IMG/VR virus record: IMGVR_UViG_3300043443_000305
Location: 1 to 31,443 of that record
From: a virus
Taxonomy: Duplodnaviria; Caudoviricetes
Reading direction: 5' to 3' (one strand)
DNA length: 31,443 nucleotides
Of this stretch, positions 8,133 to 17,126 are shown piece after piece. Every line of letters begins with the position of its first letter. Position 1 is the first letter of the stretch. Made by a program: the position numbers and the translations under genes. The notes beneath the pieces were generated by a model. It saw nothing but the letters and a program-made list of their open reading frames with translations. It ran no database searches and was not told the DNA's origin.

Positions 8133-8587
8133 AATCATTAAACTTAGGTTGCGGAAACGACTATAGAGAAGGATGGGTTAATGTTGACGTCGGTAATTGC
8201 AAAAAAGACGTTGAGCATAACTTAGAAAATTTCCCGTATCCTTTCCAAGACAGCGAATTTTCAACGGTCTTGATGCAGCATTGTATTGAGCATATTTCTA
8301 GAGAAAATTTTCCTAAATGTGTTAGGGAGTTACATCGCGTAACTGCCGCAGGAGGAAAGATATATATTTCTGCGCCATATTATCTTTCGCGAAATGCGTT
8401 TACAGACTTCACCCATAAGAATTTTATGACTGAAGAAAGTTTCGCGTATTTCGACAAAAATCATCCTCTTAGAGAATTGGGAATTATCTATGGATTAAAT
8501 TTTGAATTTAACGTTACCGTTGGGTTAGATAGAGATAGGTTCCACCCAGAAGTCAATGTACACTATGAGTTAGAGGTCATTAAATGA
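8129..8587 (+). CDS. class I SAM-dependent methyltransferase-like protein
   Basis: LNLGCG...GWVNVD, PYPF.D, HCIEH, ELHRV...GG and DFTH motifs. Confidence 0.82.
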   Translation: MKSLNLGCGNDYREGWVNVDVGNCKKDVEHNLENFPYPFQDSEFSTVLMQHCIEHISRENFPKCVRELHRVTAAGGKIYISAPYYLSRNAFTDFTHKNFMTEESFAYFDKNHPLRELGIIYGLNFEFNVTVGLDRDRFHPEVNVHYELEVIK

Positions 8588-9558
8588 AAAAAGTAGCATT
8601 CGTAACCGGAACGACAGGACAAGATGGTCCTTACCTTTCTAAACTTCTTTTAGAAAAGGGTTACAAGGTTTATGGTTTGGTAAAGAGATACTCTAACCCG
8701 AACTTAGACAATCTTAAATTTCTCGGTATTGAGAACGATGTTGAGTTGGTTACTGGCGACATTACAGATGAAAATTCTGTTAACCACTTGATGAAGAATA
8801 TCAAACCGCATGAATTTTATAACTTGGCTGCTCAAAGTTTCGTTGGCGTGAGTTGGGAACTCAATAAACTTACAACTGAAGTCAATGCTGTTGGTCCTTT
8901 GAATATCTTAAATGCTATCAAGAGCAACAGTCCAACTACAAAGTATTACCAAGCCAGCACTAGCGAGATGTATGGAAATAGCGATGGGTCTATGCAAAAT
9001 GAATTAACGGCATTTAGACCTAGAAGCCCGTATGGTGTTTCTAAGTTGTATGCTTATTGGATTACAATCAACTTTAGAGAAAGTTATAGCATCCATGCTA
9101 GCAACGGAATTCTTTTCAATCACGAAAGTCCTTTGCGCGGAATTGAATTCGTGACTAGAAAAATTACTGACGGTATTGCTAAGATTAAGTTGGGCAAAGC
9201 AGATAAAATTTCTCTAGGAAATCTAGAGGCTAAACGCGATTGGGGTTTTGCCGGAGACTATGCTGAAGCCATGTGGTTGATGCTGCAGCAAGAAGAACCG
9301 GATGACTATGTAATTTCTACTGGCTTACAGCATAGCATTGAAGATGTTCTTGCTGTAGGGTTTAATCACGTGGGAATTACGGACTGGAAAAAATACATTG
9401 AATCTGATTCTAGGTTCAAACGACCTGCAGATCTGTATAGCCTTTGCGGCGATAGTACGAAGGCTAGAGAAAAACTAGGTTGGGCACCTAAAACTCAATT
9501 TGAAGACATGATTAAAATGATGGTAGATGTTGACTTAGGGAGAAATAAAAATGTTTGA
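8584..9558 (+). CDS. gmd: GDP-mannose 4,6-dehydratase
   Basis: TGTTGQDG, YNLAAQSFV, YQASTSEMYG, PRSPYGVSK (YxxxK), GILFNHESPLRG.EFVTRKI, LGNL.AKRDWG. Confidence 0.96.
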   Translation: MKKVAFVTGTTGQDGPYLSKLLLEKGYKVYGLVKRYSNPNLDNLKFLGIENDVELVTGDITDENSVNHLMKNIKPHEFYNLAAQSFVGVSWELNKLTTEVNAVGPLNILNAIKSNSPTTKYYQASTSEMYGNSDGSMQNELTAFRPRSPYGVSKLYAYWITINFRESYSIHASNGILFNHESPLRGIEFVTRKITDGIAKIKLGKADKISLGNLEAKRDWGFAGDYAEAMWLMLQQEEPDDYVISTGLQHSIEDVLAVGFNHVGITDWKKYIESDSRFKRPADLYSLCGDSTKAREKLGWAPKTQFEDMIKMMVDVDLGRNKNV

Positions 9559-10195
9559 AGCGCACGAAGGCAAAGCCTTTTCTCAGCAAGGGGAAGATGG
9601 CATCATCCAGCACATCTTTAATGTTATTGGAACCACTAACAAAATTGCAGCAGAAATTGGAGTTTGGGCAAATTTTCCAGAATGCAATACTATGTATCTT
9701 GCCCTTACTGGTTGGAAGACGTTTTGGTTTGATATGAATTATGTTGACTCGTCAAAGTTTAACTTGGTCGATAATACATTTGTTTTACAGAAATTGACTG
9801 CGGATAACGTTGCGGAAGAATTTAAGAAAGTTTCTGTTCCATTTGAAATCGATTTGCTTTCGATAGATATTGACGGCAACGACTACCATCTTCGTGAAGC
9901 ATTAAGCGAATATAGACCAAGAGTTTGTATTCAAGAATATAACGGATGCTTTGATGCAACAACTCAACACATTATGCCAAGAAATGACAATTACGTTTTG
10001 TGTGATAGGTCATTTGGTGCGAGTTTGAAGTCAATGGAACTCCAAGCGGAAAGACAAGGCTACGATCTTGTCTATTGCGGTGAAGGCGGCGTCAACGCAT
10101 TTTTTATTAGAAAAGATGTAAATCCGTTCGGAAATATTTCTAGTGAAAAAGCATGGAAAAAGTTATTTTGGGCAGATGGTGATTGGTTAAGATAA
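9551..10195 (+). CDS. FkbM-like methyltransferase domain protein
   Basis: FSQQGEDGII, AEIG, DLLSIDIDGNDY, PRV...EYN, GASL and GVNAFF motifs typical of glycan-cluster methyltransferase-like proteins. Confidence 0.72.
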   Translation: MFEAHEGKAFSQQGEDGIIQHIFNVIGTTNKIAAEIGVWANFPECNTMYLALTGWKTFWFDMNYVDSSKFNLVDNTFVLQKLTADNVAEEFKKVSVPFEIDLLSIDIDGNDYHLREALSEYRPRVCIQEYNGCFDATTQHIMPRNDNYVLCDRSFGASLKSMELQAERQGYDLVYCGEGGVNAFFIRKDVNPFGNISSEKAWKKLFWADGDWLR

Positions 10196-10205
10196 GGAGT
10201 AGATT

Positions 10206-10403
10206 ATGGCTAATCGTAGTGACTATCAGCGGGCAGTACTGCCCCGTCAAATTAAGAAGTTTTTGCTATGCGGCAAGTTTAAAGACGTACATGAGTACGG
10301 AGCAATGAAGCGTTTGTTTATCGAAGCACACGCAATCAATAGAACCGCACGCAATCGTCGTTCGGCTCTTCAGATGGAGAGCGATTCTTCTACGGATGAA
10401 TAG
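10206..10403 (+). CDS. hypothetical protein
   Basis: 65-aa ORF with strong AAGGAG RBS. Confidence 0.75.
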   Translation: MANRSDYQRAVLPRQIKKFLLCGKFKDVHEYGAMKRLFIEAHAINRTARNRRSALQMESDSSTDE

Positions 10404-10644
10404 TCTTGTAGAATTAAAAAATACCTTCCGCCAAAATAGAGTTCCTATCTCAGAAAGTGGCGGTTGGTATTTCACGTGCTGCGGCGATAAGTGGACAATG
10501 TTAGACGGCGCATACTTTCTAAACAACACAAAAATGGATAAGAAAACAATTGCGTCATACATTGAAATGAACAAAGCACGCAAAGCAGCAAAGAAAATTA
10601 AAGCAAATATAGAGGAAGAAGAATATGCCAGTGAGAGTAATTAA
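10396..10644 (+). CDS. hypothetical protein
   Basis: 82-aa ORF overlapping both neighbours by a few codons. Confidence 0.6.
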   Translation: MNSLVELKNTFRQNRVPISESGGWYFTCCGDKWTMLDGAYFLNNTKMDKKTIASYIEMNKARKAAKKIKANIEEEEYASESN

Positions 10645-10921
10645 GTCAGTCACCGGAGAAGAAATTCTTGGTGATGTTGAGGAAGTCCAAGGCGGGTATC
10701 TCGTAAGCAATCCAGTAATTGTAATGATTCGCGGGATGCCGAACGGTGGACAGATGGGGTTGGAATTTATTCCATACATCGCATATGCTGCGGTCAAGTC
10801 CGTAGAGTTTGCCCTAGACAAGGTAATTCACATCCTAGAAGTTGACGATTCGGTAAAAAACCAGTATAATACTATCTTCGGTGGTATTGTTGTGCCGCCT
10901 AAGACTTTAATCATGGGGTAA
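10625..10921 (+). CDS. conserved T4-like protein upstream of gene 43, probable Sm-like beta-barrel
   Basis: IKSVTGEEILG...NPV...F.PY...Y...FG pattern and position immediately before the DNA polymerase. Confidence 0.6.
   Translation: MPVRVIKSVTGEEILGDVEEVQGGYLVSNPVIVMIRGMPNGGQMGLEFIPYIAYAAVKSVEFALDKVIHILEVDDSVKNQYNTIFGGIVVPPKTLIMG
10842..10870 (+). promoter_or_regulatory. sigma70-type promoter for gene 43, embedded in upstream CDS
   Basis: TTGACG-17 nt-TATAAT ending 54 nt before the TTG start. Confidence 0.75.
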
Positions 10922-10924
10922 AAA

Positions 10925-13456
10925 TTGAGCGACTTTTATACTAATGTTGCCCTCTCAGGTAGATTCATTCTTCTGAGAGGGGTTGAAAACGGTCGACGCA
11001 TCAGGAAGAAGGTTGAGTATCACCCAACCTTCTTTTTGCCTTCTATCAATCCTACGGAATTTAAAACTCTATCTGGCGAGTACGTTGCTCCTATCCAACC
11101 GGGAACGATTCCAGAGTGCCGCGATTTTATGTCAAAGTATCGCGATGTAGATAACTTTGCTATCTATGGTAACGCTCGTTACAAGTATGCTTTCATTGGA
11201 GATGAATACCCTCACGATATTGATTGGGATGTCTCTAAGATTCTTATTGCATATCTTGACATTGAGGTCGCATCAGATAACGGGTTCCCAGAGCCACGTG
11301 ATGCTAATGAACAAGTGACGGCAATCAGCCTTAAGATGGGCAAGAAGATTCACACCTTCGCTGCCGGCGAATACGTTAGTGATAACGATAATGTTGTCTA
11401 TCATAAGTGTGAAGACGAATACGATATCCTAAAGCAGTTTCTCAATCATTGGACGTTGTACCTACCTGACGTTGTGTCCGGCTGGAACGTTCATTTGTTT
11501 GACATGACGTATCTAATCAATCGTATCGGCAAGTTGTTTGGAGAAAGCGAAGTAAAGAAGATGTCTCCTTGGGGGCAGGTACACTCGCGCGAGATTACCG
11601 TACAGGGGCGCGTTCAGCAGGCATATGATATCGTTGGCGTAAGTGTACTTGACTATCTTGACTTGTACAAGAAGTATCCTATGCCCAAGTCGCAAGAGTC
11701 TTGGAAACTAGACCACATTGCGCACGTTGAACTTGGAGAACGCAAGTTAGATTACTCTGAGTATGATTCTCTCCATAGTCTCTATAAGAATGACTTTCAG
11801 AAGTTTATTGACTACAACATCCGCGACGTTGAACTAGTTAATAAGTTGAATGAAAAGGGTCGTCTAATTGAACTGGCGCTGACTCTAGCATATGTTGCTA
11901 AGGTTAACTATGATGATGTGTTCACACAGGTTACAATGTGGGACTCTATCATCTATAATCACCTTAAGGCGAAGAATATTGTCGTCCCGCAACCGAAGGA
12001 TAAGAGTAAGAAAGAACAATACGAAGGCGCATATGTTAAGGAACCTGTTCCTGGTATGTACGATTATGTTGCTTCTTTTGACTTGAACTCCCTGTATCCG
12101 CATCTTATCATGCAATACAATATCTCTATGGAGACTTTGATTCAGGGCAGCGACTATACGCCTGAAATGAAAGCAATTCGACAAAGCGACATGACTGTTG
12201 ACGAACTGCTTGCTAAGAGCATCTATACAGATTTTCTCGGAAAGCATAACGTTGCTATGGCGGCGAACGGGCAATTTTTTCAGCGCGATAAGATGGGCAT
12301 CATGCCTGAGATTATGGATACCATGTACAAAGATAGAACACGGTATAAAGATCTTGCTATTGATGCTAAGAAGAAAATGCAAACAGTTCTTGGTGATAAG
12401 AACCAAGTCGCATATCTTGACAAAGAGATTGCGCGTTACAATAATCTTCAGTTGGCGATGAAGGTTACTCTAAACTCTGCTTATGGTGCGATGGGTAACA
12501 ATTACTTCCGGTTCTTTGACTTGCGTATTGCCGAAGCCATCACCTATTCAGGTCAGTTGTCTATTCGTTGGATTATGAATAAGGTCAACCAGTACATGAA
12601 CAATGTACTAAAGACTAACAAAGACTATATCGTTGCATCAGATACTGACTCTATCTATATTCACCTTGGTCCGTTGATTAATAAGGTTGGCATCACGGAT
12701 AAGAAGAAAGCAATTGACTTTATGAACAAGGTGTGTGAAGAGAAGATTCAGCCATATATCGACAAGTCATTCCAAGAGTTGGCTGAATACATGAATGCCT
12801 ATGACCAGAAGATGTTCATGAAGCGGGAGTCTCTTGCAGACAAGGCAATCTGGACAGCGAAGAAAAACTATCTGCTAAATGTATGGGATGATGAAGGTGT
12901 TGCTTATAAGGAGCCGAAGATTAAGATTGTAGGCATGGCTGCAGTCAAATCATCTACTCCGTCTGCTTGCCGGTCTAAGATTAAAGAAGCAATCAGTATT
13001 ATCATTCAGAAAGACCAAGATACGTTGATTGGGTTTATCGAAGACTTCCGCGAGCAGTTTAAGACTCTGCCTATTGAAGAAATTTCTTTCCCGCGAAGCG
13101 TGTCTGGTTTGTCAGAGTATGCTGACGGCTCTAACGTCTATAAGAAGGGTTCTCCTATTCATGTTAAGGCAGCATTGACTCATAATCATTTCATAGACGC
13201 AATGCGTCTATCTAAGAAGTACCAGTACATCAAGGAAGGTGAAAAGATTAAGTTTGTCTATCTTAAGAATCCAAATCCTTTCCGCAATAACACTCTTGGT
13301 TTTCTAACGACGATGCCGAAAGAGTTTCGCGCAGAGGACTACATAGACTATGACCTGCAATTTGAATCGTCATTCCTTCAACCTCTAAAGATTATTCTTG
13401 ATGCGATTAAGTGGAAAACTCAGCAGGTGAGTTCGGTAGAGGATTTCTTCGGATAA
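10925..13456 (+). CDS. 43: family B DNA polymerase (T4 gp43 ortholog)
   Basis: exonuclease motifs DIEV, GWN...FD..Y, YNI.DV; polymerase motifs SFDLNSLYPH, K..LNSAYG, SDTDS, KKNY; TTG start; 843 aa. Confidence 0.98.
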   Translation: MSDFYTNVALSGRFILLRGVENGRRIRKKVEYHPTFFLPSINPTEFKTLSGEYVAPIQPGTIPECRDFMSKYRDVDNFAIYGNARYKYAFIGDEYPHDIDWDVSKILIAYLDIEVASDNGFPEPRDANEQVTAISLKMGKKIHTFAAGEYVSDNDNVVYHKCEDEYDILKQFLNHWTLYLPDVVSGWNVHLFDMTYLINRIGKLFGESEVKKMSPWGQVHSREITVQGRVQQAYDIVGVSVLDYLDLYKKYPMPKSQESWKLDHIAHVELGERKLDYSEYDSLHSLYKNDFQKFIDYNIRDVELVNKLNEKGRLIELALTLAYVAKVNYDDVFTQVTMWDSIIYNHLKAKNIVVPQPKDKSKKEQYEGAYVKEPVPGMYDYVASFDLNSLYPHLIMQYNISMETLIQGSDYTPEMKAIRQSDMTVDELLAKSIYTDFLGKHNVAMAANGQFFQRDKMGIMPEIMDTMYKDRTRYKDLAIDAKKKMQTVLGDKNQVAYLDKEIARYNNLQLAMKVTLNSAYGAMGNNYFRFFDLRIAEAITYSGQLSIRWIMNKVNQYMNNVLKTNKDYIVASDTDSIYIHLGPLINKVGITDKKKAIDFMNKVCEEKIQPYIDKSFQELAEYMNAYDQKMFMKRESLADKAIWTAKKNYLLNVWDDEGVAYKEPKIKIVGMAAVKSSTPSACRSKIKEAISIIIQKDQDTLIGFIEDFREQFKTLPIEEISFPRSVSGLSEYADGSNVYKKGSPIHVKAALTHNHFIDAMRLSKKYQYIKEGEKIKFVYLKNPNPFRNNTLGFLTTMPKEFRAEDYIDYDLQFESSFLQPLKIILDAIKWKTQQVSSVEDFFG

Positions 13457-13461
13457 CAAAA

Positions 13462-14319
13462 ATGGGTTACTTAGCATTATTGGCTGGCTTGCTTCTATCA
13501 GGAACGGCAGCATATTATTCTATAGCAGGGTTGATAGCGATCTTCCCGGGAAGCACAGTAGCAATTATTGCTATGGGAGCCAGCCTAGAATTCGCTAAGT
13601 TGGTTGTAGCATCTTGGTTATATAGAAATTGGAGCATCGCACCACTATTCCTAAAAACGGTCTTTTCGACTGGCGTGGTGGTGTTGATGTTCTTTACCTC
13701 TATGGGCGTCTTTGGTTTCTTATCCAAATCACACCTAGAGCATGCAGCAACTATGGGAGCAGATACGACATATCAAATTGTTTCGTATCAGCAAAAAATT
13801 GTGTCAAAAGAAAAGACCGTCAAGTTGCTAGAGCGACAGATTGATACTATTGACAACTCTATGAATGTCTACCTCGCTCAAGGAAAGGTGAGTGCAGGTC
13901 TACAACAACGCAATAAGTTGAAAGCAGATCGTAAAGCATTAGAGCAGCAAAGACAGACGGCAGAAGACGAGTTGGTAGAACTCAATACAAAGTTGAATAC
14001 TCTAAAGACCGAAAATGCCAAGCGAGAAGTAGAAGTTGGTCCTCTAAAGTATATTGCAGAACTTATCTACGGAAGCGATGCGCAAAACCATTTCGACTCT
14101 GCGGTCCGTGCTGTAATTATTCTAATCGTTGCGGTCTTTGACCCTCTGGCAGTTCTATTATTGATTGCAGCCAACATGAGTCTATCAGGCATCAAGAAGA
14201 AAAAGCAACCAAAGAAAAAGGTTGACTCTACGAACAAAAGAGCGTATAATAAAGAAAAAGATTATGTCGTGATGACAAATAACGAATTTGAAATACAACA
14301 CAAGAAGGATATAACATGA
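13462..14319 (+). CDS. membrane protein with three N-terminal TM helices, long coiled coil and a C-terminal TM helix
   Basis: hydrophobic segments, AAYYSI.GL / LE.AKLV / TSMG.FGFLSK motifs, EVGPLKYIAE and VFDPLAV; ATG 13462 preferred over 13411. Confidence 0.75.
   Translation: MGYLALLAGLLLSGTAAYYSIAGLIAIFPGSTVAIIAMGASLEFAKLVVASWLYRNWSIAPLFLKTVFSTGVVVLMFFTSMGVFGFLSKSHLEHAATMGADTTYQIVSYQQKIVSKEKTVKLLERQIDTIDNSMNVYLAQGKVSAGLQQRNKLKADRKALEQQRQTAEDELVELNTKLNTLKTENAKREVEVGPLKYIAELIYGSDAQNHFDSAVRAVIILIVAVFDPLAVLLLIAANMSLSGIKKKKQPKKKVDSTNKRAYNKEKDYVVMTNNEFEIQHKKDIT
14222..14250 (+). promoter_or_regulatory. sigma70-type promoter for uvsX, embedded in upstream CDS
   Basis: TTGACT-17 nt-TATAAT ending 65 nt before the ATG. 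Confidence 0.8.
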
Positions 14320-15386
14320 GTTTGCTTGACAAGTTGAAGAAGAATACGACTATCAAGGATTCTGCAATTCTTGCTAAGTCTAAGTTTTTTGATAATAAGG
14401 ATCTAATCAAGACCTCTATTCCTGCGCTAAACGTTGCGTTGTCTGGAGATATTGACGGCGGGTTCTCTCCAGGTCTAACTCTTTGGGCTGGTCCGTCTAA
14501 GCACTTTAAGACGGCATTTACTCTGCTTATGGTTAAGGCATATCAGGACAAGTATCCTGATTCTGTAATTTTGTTCTATGACTCTGAGTTTGGTAGTCCT
14601 AAGAACTACTTTGAATCTTTTGGTATTGATACAAACCGTATCGTTCATACGCCAATCACTGACATTGAACAGTTGAAGTTTGACGTTATGAATCAGTTGA
14701 AAGAGATTAATCGCGGCGATCGTATTATGATTGTCGTAGACTCTATCGGCAACCTTGCTTCTAAGAAAGAAGTTGATGATGCCGTTGATCAAAAGTCTGT
14801 TAGTGACATGACTCGTGCCAAGCAGATTAAGTCTCTTTTCCGTATGATTACGCCACACCTGACCATCAAGGATATTCCTATGGTTGCTGTTGCACATATC
14901 TATATGACCCAAGAGATGTTCTCTAAGCCTGTTGTTTCCGGCGGTACTGGTCCTTACTACTCTGCTGATAATATCTTTATCGTTGGACGGCAGCAAGAAA
15001 AGGATGGCACAGACCTTATTGGTTATAGTTTTATCGTTAACGTCGAGAAGTCTCGATACGTTCGCGAGAAGGCAAAGATTCCGGTTACGGTAACTTACGA
15101 CGGTGGCGTCAGCAAGTATTCTGGTCTGCTTGAAATGGCACTAGAGTCTGGACATGTAGTCAAGCCTAATCAGGGATGGTACTCCAAGGTCAACATGGAG
15201 ACGGGCGAAGTAGATACAAAGAAGTATCGCGTCAAGGATACGGATACTGCTGAGTTCTGGGAACCAATCCTTGCTTCCGCTTCTTTTAAGAAGTGGGTGA
15301 TGGATAACTATCGCTTTGGTAATGGTTTGGCGGGTAGTCTTACAGAGGAGTTTCTAGATGAAGAGTCTAAAGACAGTATTCCTTGA
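14316..15386 (+). CDS. uvsX: RecA-like recombinase UvsX
   Basis: GPSKHFKT Walker A, FYDSEFG, DSIGNLASKKE, DMTRAK, SGGTG..YSAD, EKSRYVREK. Confidence 0.97.
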   Translation: MSLLDKLKKNTTIKDSAILAKSKFFDNKDLIKTSIPALNVALSGDIDGGFSPGLTLWAGPSKHFKTAFTLLMVKAYQDKYPDSVILFYDSEFGSPKNYFESFGIDTNRIVHTPITDIEQLKFDVMNQLKEINRGDRIMIVVDSIGNLASKKEVDDAVDQKSVSDMTRAKQIKSLFRMITPHLTIKDIPMVAVAHIYMTQEMFSKPVVSGGTGPYYSADNIFIVGRQQEKDGTDLIGYSFIVNVEKSRYVREKAKIPVTVTYDGGVSKYSGLLEMALESGHVVKPNQGWYSKVNMETGEVDTKKYRVKDTDTAEFWEPILASASFKKWVMDNYRFGNGLAGSLTEEFLDEESKDSIP

Positions 15387-15813
15387 CCTTGTTGCCAAGT
15401 ATGAGTTTTGGCGTGCCACTAGGGTACGGAACGAAAAAGATTGGGAGTTCATGCTAGACATTTCTAATCCTCAAGCATTCTCTATAAGAATTCTAAAGAA
15501 GAAATGGAAAGGTGTGATTGTAGAGTATACAGGTCTACACATGTCAGATGATGCTCAAATGTCATTTGACATGGATGTAATTGCTAATCCCAACTTAAAG
15601 AATACTGATTCTGCGGCATTTAGAAAGTTTACTACTGACATCATCCGTAGTATAATTATTGCCAGCGTAGAACAAGCGAAGGAAGTGTTAAAGAATGAAA
15701 ACGGAACACCTGATTTTGTCGAGCCTCTTGAAGAACGAATTGTTCATGAGGAAGACGATTCCGTACCTGAAGAAAGAGTACCTGAGCGAAAGTCACGAAA
15801 GAAAACTGTTTGA
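15358..15813 (+). CDS. hypothetical protein at the T4 gene 40 position
   Basis: between uvsX and 41; GAGGAG RBS; overlaps 41 by 119 nt; a gp40 assignment rests on synteny only. Confidence 0.6.
   Translation: MKSLKTVFLDLVAKYEFWRATRVRNEKDWEFMLDISNPQAFSIRILKKKWKGVIVEYTGLHMSDDAQMSFDMDVIANPNLKNTDSAAFRKFTTDIIRSIIIASVEQAKEVLKNENGTPDFVEPLEERIVHEEDDSVPEERVPERKSRKKTV
15628..15656 (+). promoter_or_regulatory. sigma70-type promoter for gene 41, embedded in upstream CDS
   Basis: TTTACT-17 nt-TATAAT ending 38 nt before the ATG. Confidence 0.72.
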
Positions 15814-17092
15814 AGAAATTCAGACGTTCGTAAATAAATATAACACGTCTCCAACCCCTGCGGCTCTTAACATTGCGCTTAAGAGCCGCACTGACGTTAC
15901 GGAACCAGAACTAAAGAAAGCAACCGAACTTCTCGTTGAAGTTGTCAAGGATAAGTCTGAGCATAGACTTGAATGGCTTGTAGATGAAACTGAGAAGTTC
16001 TGTCAAGAAAAGGCAGTCTACAATGCTATCATGGACTCTATCCAAATCCTTGACGGGAATGATTCTTCTCGCACTAAAGGTAGCATTCCTTCTATTCTTT
16101 CTGATGCCCTTGGTGTTAGTTTCGACCCTAATGTCGGTCATGACTACCTTGATAACAGTGATTCTCGTTACGATTTCTACCATCGCGTTGAGAAGCGTAT
16201 CCCGTTTGGTCTTCAGTATTTCAACGCGATTACACAAGGTGGTCTTCCACAAAAGACTCTGAACATCGCGCTAGCAGGCACTGGCGTCGGTAAGTCTCTC
16301 TTTATGTGCGACTTTGCGGCTAACTGCTTGCTAAGCCAATACAACGTTCTGTACATCACTCTTGAAATGGCAGAAGAACGTATTGCTGAACGTATTGACG
16401 CTAACCTTCTTGACGTTACTCTAGACGATTTAAAGATGATGCCGAAGGATACGTTTGAAAAGCGTATGGAAAGGCTGAAGAAGAAAGCCAAGGGTAAACT
16501 AATCATCAAAGAATATCCTACTGCTTCGGCTAATGCTGCACACTTTAGAGCATTGCTAAATGAACTAGAGTTGAAGCGGAACTTCAAGCCTGACATTATC
16601 TTCATTGACTATCTAAACATCTGTGCCTCTGCCCGTATCAAGGCAGGAGCCAACGTCAACTCTTACACCTATGTAAAGGCAATCGCAGAAGAACTCCGCG
16701 GTCTAGCAATGGAGCGCAGTGTTCCTATCGTATCTGCTACACAAACAACTCGTTCAGGTTACAATAGTTCTGACCCAGGTCTTGAAGATACTTCTGAATC
16801 TTTCGGTCTGCCCGCAACGGCTGACTTCATGTTTGCTCTTATCTCTACAGAAGAACTAGAGAAACTCGGGCAGATTATGGTCAAGCAGTTAAAGAACCGT
16901 TATGGCGATCCGAACAAGCATAAGCGATTCGTTGTTGGCGTAAACAGGTCTAAGATGCGGTTGTTTGACCTAGAGCAAACCGCGCAAGATGGTCTTTCTT
17001 TGGCAGATGTACCGATCGCGACAAGAATACTGCAAACACCCGGCAGTGCAGTGCAGCAAAAGAACGAAAAGTTTAAGGGTCTGAAGATATAA
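15695..17092 (+). CDS. 41: DnaB-like replicative helicase (T4 gp41 ortholog)
   Basis: AGTGVGKS Walker A, TLEMAEE.IAERIDAN, IIKEYPT, IDYLNIC, AEELRGLA, SATQTTR, SESFGLPATAD, QLKNRY. Confidence 0.97.
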   Translation: MKTEHLILSSLLKNELFMRKTIPYLKKEYLSESHERKLFEEIQTFVNKYNTSPTPAALNIALKSRTDVTEPELKKATELLVEVVKDKSEHRLEWLVDETEKFCQEKAVYNAIMDSIQILDGNDSSRTKGSIPSILSDALGVSFDPNVGHDYLDNSDSRYDFYHRVEKRIPFGLQYFNAITQGGLPQKTLNIALAGTGVGKSLFMCDFAANCLLSQYNVLYITLEMAEERIAERIDANLLDVTLDDLKMMPKDTFEKRMERLKKKAKGKLIIKEYPTASANAAHFRALLNELELKRNFKPDIIFIDYLNICASARIKAGANVNSYTYVKAIAEELRGLAMERSVPIVSATQTTRSGYNSSDPGLEDTSESFGLPATADFMFALISTEELEKLGQIMVKQLKNRYGDPNKHKRFVVGVNRSKMRLFDLEQTAQDGLSLADVPIATRILQTPGSAVQQKNEKFKGLKI

Positions 17093-17095
17093 ATA
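17088..17095 (+). promoter_or_regulatory. T4-type late promoter (gp55-dependent)
   Basis: exact TATAAATA overlapping the gene 41 stop, 31 nt before the next ATG. Confidence 0.8.
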
Positions 17096-17126
17096 GTATA
17101 TCCACGGCATTCGCAGAGAATAACAA

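Noticed and set aside
15358-15813. Naming this ORF gp40
   Set aside because: Only synteny supports it; I do not recognise sequence similarity
15834-15840. ATAAATA late-promoter-like sequence
   Set aside because: Inside gene 41 (codons for V-N-K-Y) and far from any downstream start
10925-17092. Inteins or introns in genes 43, uvsX or 41
   Set aside because: All are uninterrupted, of ordinary length, with contiguous motifs and no splicing signatures
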